A stretch of 57,212 nt of DNA from a virus. Taxonomy: Duplodnaviria; Caudoviricetes. Every line of letters starts with the position of its first letter. Within the stretch, counting starts at the first letter, position 1. Under the pieces are notes generated by a model. That model was not told where the DNA came from. It worked only from the letters and a program-made list of their open reading frames with translations, and searched no databases. Shown in pieces: positions 1-8,915 of this stretch. A program made the translations under genes and the position numbers. The DNA lies in the IMG/VR virus record IMGVR_UViG_3300017706_002546, positions 1 through 57,212 of that record, one strand, 5' to 3'.

Positions 1-5
1 AAAGA

Positions 6-1955
6 TTAGATTACATCCATATCCAAGCAAGTAACTGTTCCGTAGAAGTCGGCGCGAACCATTTTCTTTCCGTAACGAGTCATTACACCTTTTCTTGGTG
101 TAAAGTCTTCTGGTGCGAAGATTGTTGGAGTAACAATTAATGGTACATATGGAGCGTAGACGTATCCAGACTCAAGGTATGAACCACCTTTGTATCCTAC
201 AAGGATCTTGTTGCGTGGGAAGTAAGGATCTTTGTAAACAGTAAATCTGTTAGAAAGAGATCCGATAGCCTCAGCACCAATCGAGAATGGAGTTCCTGCT
301 TGACCTTGACCGTCCAACTTAATAGATGGCTTGTAAAGAACAGAAGCTTCAAAGATTGTTGCAACCTCAGGAGAAACAACTAAGAAGTTCGCTGAACCAC
401 GAAGTGTTTTTCTGTGAATTTCATTAGCAACGTCAATGATAGTTTCAACCAAAGTTTCATACCATTCACGAACTGTTCCAGTAAATTGAGGTCCAGTTGA
501 GAGTGAACTAGCCAGTGATTGTTCGACACCATTTCTCTTGTTCAAGAACTTACCAGGAGCACGTGACCAGAAGAAGTTAGCACCTTTTGCTTCAACAAGA
601 AGATCGTTAAGAATCTCACGATCGATTTCCAAAGCAATTTGCTCAGAAAGGATTTGAGTCAATTCAACCTCAGCGTCCATCGAGTGGTAAGCATTAAGGT
701 CTTGAGCAAGTTCTGGAGACCAGCGAGCTCTCAACTTACGAGTTGTTGCTGTAACAGCGATACTCTCGATCTTAATGTCGATCTCAGGAATTACTGGAGT
801 TGGTGTACTAGCAAAGTTTGATTCGAATGAAGGAATCGTTAAAACACCACCAGCTCCACCAGCTTCTTCAGTAACTGAATCGCTAATTGGGAAAGAAGCA
901 GTCAAGGCCAAGGCGTCTGTAGTCGTTCCAGCAAGAGTTGTTGCTGCTGATTCGATCACAAACAAGACAGCAGCGTTGTCAGCTGAAATTGTTGCAAAAG
1001 GATCAGGAGTAAATGAAACAGAACTTAAGGCGCCAGCCATTGTACCTAACTGGTTAAGACGTCTAACATTAAGAACATTAACACCACCTTGAACTGTGGC
1101 ACCTTGAGCTGTCGCAGTTTGATTGACGTTAATGGCAGTTGGAGTTGACGAAATAAGTGAAACTTCTTTGACTTGAGTCGGATCAAGTCTTCTAGAATTG
1201 TCATCGATTAAGTGACTAGCTGAAACTAAAAGGAACTGGTATGATTTTCCTTGATTATCAATAAGATCACTAATTTGCGGATCAAATTGTAACAATTTTC
1301 CATCAGAACCAGATGTAGTTATTGCAGCTGCAGCAGTAAATGAAGCAGCAGCGGCGCCACCAAATGCACCATTAATTACCTCACCACCTCTAGCATCTGC
1401 TGGGTTGACAAGTTGCTTTGAATGAACTTTTGAATAAGAAGTTCCAGCAAGGTCATATTGACCACCAACTGCATTAGCACCAGTACGAATACTAGAACCA
1501 CCTGGGTTACCGTACAAAGAATCACCTTCATTGTAAGTTGATCCGGCAGTAGCAGTTAAGTTACCGTTAGTTTGTGTTGCATCACCACCAACGTCAGATC
1601 CATAAGTGTAGTCTAAGTAAAACAAAAGACCAGATGGAAGTGACATAGGTTGAATTGATACCAATTCGTTAGCAACCAAACCACCAAATACACGACGTAC
1701 AATTGGGAAAGCGATATTAGTAAAACCATCGATGTTACCTGCGCCACCTGAGCCGTTACCTAAGGTATTAGCTTCACGAAGAACTTGTGCTGCTTGGTTT
1801 TCTAAAAGACGAGACATAGACTCGCGATTATGATCGTGGAGACCTCGTAACAAACCTGTACGAGCCCACTTTTCTTGAATTCTGTTAGCTTCTTGACCGA
1901 CGTGACGATCGCGAATGCCTTCAGTTAATTGATTTAATGTAAATGATCTACTCAT
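6..1955 (-). CDS. gp23: Major capsid protein, T4 gp23-like, with an enlarged insertion domain
   Basis: gp23 motifs FPIVRRVF..L.ANELVSIQPM..PSGLLFYL, TRKLRARWSPELAQDLNAYHSMDAEVEL, YAPYVPL and PRKGVMTRYG; SD AGGAG upstream. Confidence 0.96.
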   Translation of the reverse strand: MSRSFTLNQLTEGIRDRHVGQEANRIQEKWARTGLLRGLHDHNRESMSRLLENQAAQVLREANTLGNGSGGAGNIDGFTNIAFPIVRRVFGGLVANELVSIQPMSLPSGLLFYLDYTYGSDVGGDATQTNGNLTATAGSTYNEGDSLYGNPGGSSIRTGANAVGGQYDLAGTSYSKVHSKQLVNPADARGGEVINGAFGGAAAASFTAAAAITTSGSDGKLLQFDPQISDLIDNQGKSYQFLLVSASHLIDDNSRRLDPTQVKEVSLISSTPTAINVNQTATAQGATVQGGVNVLNVRRLNQLGTMAGALSSVSFTPDPFATISADNAAVLFVIESAATTLAGTTTDALALTASFPISDSVTEEAGGAGGVLTIPSFESNFASTPTPVIPEIDIKIESIAVTATTRKLRARWSPELAQDLNAYHSMDAEVELTQILSEQIALEIDREILNDLLVEAKGANFFWSRAPGKFLNKRNGVEQSLASSLSTGPQFTGTVREWYETLVETIIDVANEIHRKTLRGSANFLVVSPEVATIFEASVLYKPSIKLDGQGQAGTPFSIGAEAIGSLSNRFTVYKDPYFPRNKILVGYKGGSYLESGYVYAPYVPLIVTPTIFAPEDFTPRKGVMTRYGKKMVRADFYGTVTCLDMDVI

Positions 1956-1989
1956 GTTAATTCTCCTTTTGAAAGTAGTTTCTATTTAT

Positions 1990-3468
1990 TTAGATACCCG
2001 CCAACTTTTGCCATCTGCTTAACTCATTGTTAACTGATGTTGCTGTTGATTGGGATGAAGTTGTTGCCCTAGAAGAGCTCCCTAAGATACGTGACTCAGA
2101 AAGCGTTCCTTTGCTAGAACCACGACTTAAAGTCTCAGTCAACGAAGTATATAATGATTTTGCTTCTGTTAAAGTAGCTGCCTCATCTAATGCTTTAATA
2201 ACTGATTTCTTTTGCGACTCAGACAAAGCTTTATTTTGAAGTAATTTGTTTACATACAAAAGCTTTGCATTAAATAAATTGAGATCTTCCAACTGTTCAC
2301 GAAGAGAATTAACAGCTCCTCTGTATTTGTTCAGTTTCTCTGACTGAGATCGATTCATGCGTCTCAGTTGGCGAATAGCCTCGTTAAGTTTGTTTATTTG
2401 AGGCGGGTTAACAAATGCATCTTGCCCTTCTTTACCACCACCAAATGCGCCGCTAACGCCAGCGTTTTGTTTTCCTTTACCACCGTAAGCACCGTCGACA
2501 CCAGCTTTTCCGCCGCCTTTACCACCGAAGTGGTGATCAACTTTGCCTTCACGCATGAGCCTTTTAGCTCTATTAATTTCTTGTCTTAAAATTCTTGGAT
2601 TAACATTATAAGCTTCTGCTAATGCCTCAATTTCTTCAGCCTCTTCAGGAGCTTCAGGTGCTGCATCTGGTAATTCAAATTCTTCTTCGCCACCAGCAGC
2701 TAATTCTTCACCGCCTTCACTGCCACCAACGTCTAATCCTAGCCCCATTAAGTCAGCTAGAAATTCTTCAACAGCTGCTTCAATTGCGCCTCTGTCGATA
2801 TTTTCGTCTTCTTCACCAGGTGCCCCTAAATCTTCCATAGGTTCTGCTTCAAGATCAGGCATTTCTGCTTCTTCTTCTTGCTCAAAGAGAGCAGCTAATT
2901 CTTTCATAAGCGCTGCTTCATCATCTTCACCTTCACTATAATCCATTTCATCATATGAAGCTTCTTCCATATGATCATCCATTTCATCAACAGCTTCCCT
3001 TAAAGTTCTAAGGTCAACTTCATAATATTTTCTAGACATTGCTTCTCCCTTTTTACTAGATAAATTATTTGCACTTTCACTAAGCCTGTGCGATAAATTT
3101 AACAGTTGATCTCTATCCTCATCGTCCATTGATGCAACTGCTCCTTTTATAGCACTAAAAAGTGCCGTTTTTGACTTAGACTCATTTAGAGAATCTAAAT
3201 TTTCTTCACCGATTAGCTCAGCCAAAGAAGCTAAAGCACTTTCATCTAAGTAAACTTCTTCTTCTAAGCTATTATCTTTTTCTTCTTTTTCTTCTTTTTC
3301 TTTATCACTATCTTTATCTTCATCGCCTGTTTCTTCTAATAACGATTCTTCAATAAATTCTCTAATTTGAGGCGTGATTGACTCAAGAATTGCTTTTTTT
3401 GCATTTTCTTCTGCTACTTCTTTAAGTTTTTTAGCGTCAGTAATTGCTTCTTCAAATAAATTGCTCAT
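1990..3468 (-). CDS. Prohead core/scaffold protein (gp22-like)
   Basis: Very acidic, coiled-coil; directly upstream of the capsid gene; LNLFNAKLLY.NKL motif and C-terminal RWQKLAGI as in scaffolds of large T4-like phages; many L-x-E sites. Confidence 0.75.
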   Translation of the reverse strand: MSNLFEEAITDAKKLKEVAEENAKKAILESITPQIREFIEESLLEETGDEDKDSDKEKEEKEEKDNSLEEEVYLDESALASLAELIGEENLDSLNESKSKTALFSAIKGAVASMDDEDRDQLLNLSHRLSESANNLSSKKGEAMSRKYYEVDLRTLREAVDEMDDHMEEASYDEMDYSEGEDDEAALMKELAALFEQEEEAEMPDLEAEPMEDLGAPGEEDENIDRGAIEAAVEEFLADLMGLGLDVGGSEGGEELAAGGEEEFELPDAAPEAPEEAEEIEALAEAYNVNPRILRQEINRAKRLMREGKVDHHFGGKGGGKAGVDGAYGGKGKQNAGVSGAFGGGKEGQDAFVNPPQINKLNEAIRQLRRMNRSQSEKLNKYRGAVNSLREQLEDLNLFNAKLLYVNKLLQNKALSESQKKSVIKALDEAATLTEAKSLYTSLTETLSRGSSKGTLSESRILGSSSRATTSSQSTATSVNNELSRWQKLAGI

Positions 3469-3528
3469 GTTTTATTGTCCTCACTTACCTTTAATTATTA
3501 TGCGATAACAGTAATTATCACTTTATTT

Positions 3529-4152
3529 TTAAAAATTAATAATTTCCATGATATTCTTAATTTTGTTTACGTTGTTTTGAAATTTCAGAAATGCAATTTC
3601 ATCATTACTTAACATGTCTGCCAAAGAAAAAATAGGATTTAAATTACCTTCACCAGGTGGAGGAGCAGGAGCTCTAGATGTGCCTTTTTCTGTTCCGTGA
3701 ATTCTACCAGGCGCAGTAGTAATATAACGACTTGATGCCATTGATGACATTGCTGGACCTTTTGTGTTGTTAGACGACGAATAAGTAAGCCTAGGCGTCA
3801 TTCCTTTTACAACAGGTGTTGTTGCATCGTCCCTTGGGTCTAAGTTTTTCTCTACTAGAGGCCTTGACAAGCTTCTTTGTGTATTGCTGTTAGGGTCTGA
3901 CCTGCCGATATCAACTCTAGGCATTGATCTACCGTAGTCTATTTTTGGAGAGACGTCAATAAGACCGTCTTCTTCCTCGTAAGAGTCTTCTTCTTCATCA
4001 TCTAGTTTAGGGTCATCATAAATGCCAAACTTCGAACCAGATGATCTTTCACCCTGAAAAGGCATGGAGGTTATTCCATACCCGCCGCTATTATCATAGT
4101 TGCCTAGCGGAACAGCAAACTCTAGAATGCTGTATTTTTTATGATTTGCCAT
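3529..4152 (-). CDS. Hypothetical head-module protein, low complexity
   Basis: 207-aa ORF co-oriented in the head operon; overlaps the upstream stop. Confidence 0.6.
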   Translation of the reverse strand: MANHKKYSILEFAVPLGNYDNSGGYGITSMPFQGERSSGSKFGIYDDPKLDDEEEDSYEEEDGLIDVSPKIDYGRSMPRVDIGRSDPNSNTQRSLSRPLVEKNLDPRDDATTPVVKGMTPRLTYSSSNNTKGPAMSSMASSRYITTAPGRIHGTEKGTSRAPAPPPGEGNLNPIFSLADMLSNDEIAFLKFQNNVNKIKNIMEIINF

Positions 4153-4636
4153 CTGACCCTTGAAATGATCTACCTGATATGTATGAGCTTAAAGTGTTTT
4201 GCTCAGATAAACGCTGCGATGTCTCAGAAGGGGAAACGAGACCTCCTAGTCCAGTACCCCATTGGTTTTTAAACTCTTTGTCAGGAATCTCACCAGAATA
4301 CTCTGGCTGATCTGCTGCATTAAAACTGCCGGGGCCAGGAGATGTTAAGTTAGGTGTGTAAGGAGTAGAAGGTAATCCACCGCCACCTGTTTCAACTTCT
4401 TCTAAGTTAGGTGCATCTACATAGTCACGATCAAAAGAGCTAAGACCGTTACCATTAAGTACGACGCCGTCTCTGCAAAGACTTTGGTGCGCCTTTTTTC
4501 TCTCAACATCAGATATCTCTTGTTTAAAAATAGGAGAGTCAGGAAAGGACGCTCTGAGGTTTACATCACTTCTCGAACCTTTTGATCTAGGTGTTGCAGG
4601 ATTAGGTATTACTATAATCTGTCTTTGATCTGGCAT
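4139..4636 (-). CDS. Hypothetical head-module protein (Pro/Gly-rich)
   Basis: 165 aa; AGGAGG SD and TAATG coupling to the upstream gene. Confidence 0.7.
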   Translation of the reverse strand: MPDQRQIIVIPNPATPRSKGSRSDVNLRASFPDSPIFKQEISDVERKKAHQSLCRDGVVLNGNGLSSFDRDYVDAPNLEEVETGGGGLPSTPYTPNLTSPGPGSFNAADQPEYSGEIPDKEFKNQWGTGLGGLVSPSETSQRLSEQNTLSSYISGRSFQGSDGKS

Positions 4637-4854
4637 TATGGCCTCCTTTTATTTTTAATATACTTTTCTAAAACTTTGATGATTCTTTTGTTGTCTTCTT
4701 GCGCTGATATCGCTTCTTTGTACATGATAAAAGCTTCAAGAAGTTTTCTTTTTTCTTTGTTCTCTTCAAGATTTCTTTCTTGAATTAGCTTTTCTTTTTC
4801 TTCTGCGATAATCGCTTTTAATCTTCTTGATGTTAAACGCTTAATAGATGACAT
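4636..4854 (-). CDS. Small basic coiled-coil protein, putative internal head protein (start revised to ATG 4854)
   Basis: GGAGAG SD before ATG at 4854 (MSSIKRLTSRRLKAIIAEE); the 4884 start lies inside a hairpin. Confidence 0.7.
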   Translation of the reverse strand: MSSIKRLTSRRLKAIIAEEKEKLIQERNLEENKEKRKLLEAFIMYKEAISAQEDNKRIIKVLEKYIKNKRRP

Positions 4855-4864
4855 TGTTCTCTCC

Positions 4865-4898
4865 AAAAAAAATATCTGAACCACAACAGTTCAGATAT
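4865..4898 (-). terminator. Intrinsic terminator-like hairpin
   Basis: Perfect 10-bp stem ATATCTGAAC/GTTCAGATAT (4872-4881, 4889-4898), 7-nt loop, running into a T8 tract on the minus strand. Confidence 0.65.
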
Positions 4899-4927
4899 AA
4901 CTATTAAGAAAATTTATTTTTAACTAT

Positions 4928-5452
4928 CTATTTTCTTGACGAAGATGCAAAAGCTAGATTAGCCCAATTCGCAGAAGCGCCACCAAACAGATCACTTGGT
5001 TCACTTTGATCTACGATTTTTGCAGCTTGATCACCGCTAGCTTGCACGCTAGGACCGTTTGGCCTTGCGCCTTCTTTTTGTTCTCTCAAAGTTGTCATAG
5101 CAGTATCAGCTAGAATATCTGCCATAATATCATCTTTGGCTAAATGACTAACTTTTGATTTAATTTCGTCTTTTTCTGCGTGATAATCCCTCTTTTGATT
5201 ATCAATCCCCATTGTTATATTATCCAAGTATGACTTAGGTTTTTCAGTTTGTTTTCTTGACGAAACTCTAGATCTAGTAGAATTAATTTTTGTTTCAGAA
5301 ATTAATCGATCATTTGTTTCGTGCAATGTGCCTCTTAGCTCTCTTGACTCTTTAAGTGTTGCTTGTTTATTACCAACCAACCCCTCTGCTAAAATTTCAA
5401 TTAAGCACTCTTTTACAATCACTTTTAATGCTGATTTTGTCTTTTTATTCAT
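4928..5452 (-). CDS. Hypothetical head-module protein
   Basis: 174 aa directly after the prohead protease; N-terminal LKVIVKECLIEILAE helix and several L-x-E sites. Confidence 0.7.
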   Translation of the reverse strand: MNKKTKSALKVIVKECLIEILAEGLVGNKQATLKESRELRGTLHETNDRLISETKINSTRSRVSSRKQTEKPKSYLDNITMGIDNQKRDYHAEKDEIKSKVSHLAKDDIMADILADTAMTTLREQKEGARPNGPSVQASGDQAAKIVDQSEPSDLFGGASANWANLAFASSSRK

Positions 5453-5453
5453 A

Positions 5454-6056
5454 TTACCACCTCAGAATATCATTAAACATTCTATCAATTTTATCTGATT
5501 GGTTAAAAAATTTATCTAAATCTTTTCTTTGAATCTTATGTTCTTTTAGCATGAAAGCACCAGGTGTGGAAGGCTCAGAGACCATGTCAAAGCAAATTAA
5601 TTGAAAATCATCTTGGACAATCGAGTTGCCTCCTTTTGAAACAGTTGATCCTACACCTCTCGAACTGATACCGAGTGTAACTCCGCTTTCTATTAATGAT
5701 TGAATTATTTTCCCGCTAGGTGTATCAAGTATCTCAATCCTACCGTAAACATCGTCGTTTTGCATGTATGCCTCTCTAACAATATGAGAAACATTTTTCA
5801 ACTCAACAACAGAAGAGTCTGGATGGTCGCATTCGCCTAGCGCTCTATTTTCTTTAATGAGCTTTTGGTAGTTCATAACTTCTCTCTCAAGAATTGTTTT
5901 AGGGTATATTCTACCATTTTGGTTTAGTGTGTCTGCCCTTTGAATGATTCCTGATAGCATTATTTTTCCATCATATTGCTCTTTTGACTCTTTAATTAGT
6001 GAAGGCGAACATTTAATAGGTGTCCACTCTCTTAAAACTTGTATTTTTTCAGACAT
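5454..6056 (-). CDS. gp21: Prohead core protease, T4 gp21-like
   Basis: NQNGRIYP, ALGECDHP, VSHIV, ILDTPSG, LGISSRGVGS and FDMVSEPSTPGA motifs. Confidence 0.93.
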   Translation of the reverse strand: MSEKIQVLREWTPIKCSPSLIKESKEQYDGKIMLSGIIQRADTLNQNGRIYPKTILEREVMNYQKLIKENRALGECDHPDSSVVELKNVSHIVREAYMQNDDVYGRIEILDTPSGKIIQSLIESGVTLGISSRGVGSTVSKGGNSIVQDDFQLICFDMVSEPSTPGAFMLKEHKIQRKDLDKFFNQSDKIDRMFNDILRW

Positions 6057-6895
6057 TATATCCCCTTGTTGATTTCTTGAATTAATTTTGTCAACGATAA
6101 AAATTTAACGACATTGTTATCGTTAATTTGGTCAACACTAACTTCATTAATTTTTTGACGTACAGTGTCAACTTTTTTTAATAAAAATTTATTATCAGAT
6201 TTATCTTCAAAATTGTCCAAGCTTTGTAATGCTTGCAATTTCTTTTTTGTAAAAAACTCTTTTAAAATTTCTTGATTTTTATCTGAATAAAAAACATAGT
6301 TTTCAATTATTCTTTTTTGATCAGAAGTTAATCCGTCGACGTACTTCTTGTTAAATTTTTCTGTCATAATTTTTAAAACAAGCCTATCACTGTGTGATAT
6401 GTCAATTTTTTTCTCAGGTTCAGTAATATTCTCTTTAAGCATAATTTGACCTATTTTTGTTTCAAACTCTACTAACTTTTTAATGTCAGGAGACTGCTTT
6501 TTCCACTCATTAATTGCCATTTGAATTGTGCCTAAGTCTCTGTAATTTTTAATATTAGAGTAATAGAAGTCTTTGCTTAAATTATAATTAATGTCTCTTA
6601 TCAACTTTGACTTTTCTTTGTCAACTACTAAAAAGTCTATATTGTTCCTTACAGCGTGCTTAGCCTCAGTTAAAATTGATGCGACCACATGAGTATTTGT
6701 TACTTTTGTTTGGGCAATTGCATTAAAAAGACGAAATTCTTTATAGATTTCATTTTTTTTGTTAAGGTGGCGCTCAATAAGTTTTGTTGCTTTTTTAGCT
6801 TCGCGCTTATTACCTTCAATGAGATTTTTACTAATGTAATTAAGTAGCAGCTCATAAATTATTCCGATATTTCTTTTTTTATTGTGCTTCGTCAT
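6056..6895 (-). CDS. Conserved hypothetical protein between portal and protease
   Basis: 279 aa; KHNKKRNIGIIYELL N-terminus; AGGAG SD; coupled to the protease gene. Confidence 0.7.
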   Translation of the reverse strand: MTKHNKKRNIGIIYELLLNYISKNLIEGNKREAKKATKLIERHLNKKNEIYKEFRLFNAIAQTKVTNTHVVASILTEAKHAVRNNIDFLVVDKEKSKLIRDINYNLSKDFYYSNIKNYRDLGTIQMAINEWKKQSPDIKKLVEFETKIGQIMLKENITEPEKKIDISHSDRLVLKIMTEKFNKKYVDGLTSDQKRIIENYVFYSDKNQEILKEFFTKKKLQALQSLDNFEDKSDNKFLLKKVDTVRQKINEVSVDQINDNNVVKFLSLTKLIQEINKGI

Positions 6896-8903
6896 TTTCT
6901 TCTCCTGATGAATTATCTTTGCTCTCAGAAATTAATACAGATTTAACCATTCTACTCATATCATCACCATGTCTCGTCTGCAAACGTTCTAGAGTCGATT
7001 TCATTCGCTGATCAATACTTGCATTATAAACTATCTGTGAATCTAAATATTCGTCAACATTAAAATCTTCTTCTAAAGTTAAATCTTTTGATGACGGAAC
7101 AGAAGGCATGGTAGAATTTATTGATCTTAAAGATACGCTTTTGTTTAAATCATACTTATGCCTTTCTAATCCTGACACACTATCTTTTTTTCTTGTTTTA
7201 CCTAAATTGTTATTTACGCCTGTCGAATTGTAATTAACTTTTCCTACCCTGTCGTCTTCGTAATCTTCTGAATCTTCTTCTAAGACTTCTGAATTTAGTT
7301 CTATTAACTTTTGAACTGTGATTGGGTAATTTTCATCTTCTATTGACTGAGTCTCTGATAGTCCTGGTAAATCAATACCGCCTAAATTTTGATCAGCGCC
7401 AGGAGATGGCCCGCCTGGTGGACCACCTAAACCAGTTATCCCGCCTGAAAATACTGGAGGGCCACCGGACGGATTTTCAGGTCCTTCAAGAGGCGCAAGT
7501 TGCGTAGACTCAATTTCTAAATCAGATAATTTATCAGACTTGAGGCCTTTCTTGATTGATTTAAGGTCATCGTCAGATAGTCTTAAAATATTTTTTTGGA
7601 CCCAAGATCTATCAACAAGCCCAGCAGTTGATAAAGCCTTAGACGCGGCATCAAATCTTTCATTAACAAGTTGCAGTTTTTGTTGCTGTGCAATTGTTGA
7701 GGGATTTGATAACATTAATTTAAAATCTAATAAATCTTCATCGCTAAATCCATTACAGTAAAGATGAACAATCGCGATCTTATTCATTTCTGCGAGAACT
7801 GTCCTTTGTATTCTTGCGATTGTCCTACTAAATCTGATGTCTTCTTGTGATAATGTAGCTTTAGCTCCTAATCCCTCATCATAACCTAAGTAAGCTTTTG
7901 GAATTTTAAGTGCTGCAAACAATTTCTTTTGAATGTATTCCACATCACTTGTTTCGCCTTGAATTGTTTCTCCGCCTAAGGTTTCAATCTTTGTTCCAGT
8001 ATCACCGCCTCGAACAGGAACAAAATAGTCCTCATCAATTGAGAGTGGATTGTATCTTAAGTCAACTCTACCTGTTTGTTTATCAACAATTGATGATCTC
8101 TTTAGTGATGTTTGAGCTTGCTCCATATAGTTTGCAACATCTTCAGGCGGTACATTACCGACATCAATATAAAAAACTCTGCGCCCAGGAGCTCTAACAA
8201 CTCTATGAACTAACATTGCATCTTCTAATAAAATCATTTGCCTCCAGATCCTTCTCGCTGGTTCCAGAACAGATGAACCGTATGGTAAAAATGCATCATT
8301 TCCTAAAAGTCTCATGTGAGAAATTTGCCAATTTTCCAATACTTTGTTACCTTGAGTTACCCACCTGAAGCGAACAGCCATCGGATCTTTAGGGTCAAAG
8401 CCTTCTTCTCTTTCAATTTCAGAGATTGGTAAGGGATAGGCATTAATGACTCCATACTTAGGATGAACATCATTAAATAGAAAATGATCGCCGTATTTAA
8501 CTAAGTTTCTTACCCATGATGACATATTAAATTCAACATTAAGTGTATCATAAAACAGCTCTGTTAAAATCTCTTTTATTTTAGGATTCTCTGAATAAAT
8601 ATGAAGCGTTTTGCCAGACTCATCAGCTGCGACAGATTCTTCGGAATATATATCAAGTGCGCTGGCTATCTCTGGAGTATATTCCATCTCAGAAAAGTCA
8701 GAGTATCTTGCCATTCGATCATATGTACCGTAAGCAGACATTGCATTGCTATACACTTGTGACTGATTTTTTCTAAACGATTCAAAAGCTGATGCTGTGT
8801 ACTTGTCATCAGCTTGTAAAACGTTTCTCTTAATTACAGGCCCGCTTCTAAAAAGTCGTGTAAGCCTTTTAAATAAATTTCTGCTACTATTTTTTTCTGC
8901 CAT
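6879..8903 (-). CDS. gp20: Portal protein, T4 gp20-like, with a long C-terminal extension
   Basis: PEIASALDIYSEE, LLEDAMLVHRVVRAPGRRVFYIDVGN, EDYFVPVRG, ALKIPKAYL and EDIRFSRTI motifs. Confidence 0.94.
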   Translation of the reverse strand: MAEKNSSRNLFKRLTRLFRSGPVIKRNVLQADDKYTASAFESFRKNQSQVYSNAMSAYGTYDRMARYSDFSEMEYTPEIASALDIYSEESVAADESGKTLHIYSENPKIKEILTELFYDTLNVEFNMSSWVRNLVKYGDHFLFNDVHPKYGVINAYPLPISEIEREEGFDPKDPMAVRFRWVTQGNKVLENWQISHMRLLGNDAFLPYGSSVLEPARRIWRQMILLEDAMLVHRVVRAPGRRVFYIDVGNVPPEDVANYMEQAQTSLKRSSIVDKQTGRVDLRYNPLSIDEDYFVPVRGGDTGTKIETLGGETIQGETSDVEYIQKKLFAALKIPKAYLGYDEGLGAKATLSQEDIRFSRTIARIQRTVLAEMNKIAIVHLYCNGFSDEDLLDFKLMLSNPSTIAQQQKLQLVNERFDAASKALSTAGLVDRSWVQKNILRLSDDDLKSIKKGLKSDKLSDLEIESTQLAPLEGPENPSGGPPVFSGGITGLGGPPGGPSPGADQNLGGIDLPGLSETQSIEDENYPITVQKLIELNSEVLEEDSEDYEDDRVGKVNYNSTGVNNNLGKTRKKDSVSGLERHKYDLNKSVSLRSINSTMPSVPSSKDLTLEEDFNVDEYLDSQIVYNASIDQRMKSTLERLQTRHGDDMSRMVKSVLISESKDNSSGEENDEAQ

Positions 8904-8915
8904 TATTCTTCCTTA

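Noticed and set aside
6879-6968. Internal start (GGTGA..ATG, MSRMVK) at the portal 3' end
   Set aside because: Weak SD, short spacing and only a 26-aa product; probably chance
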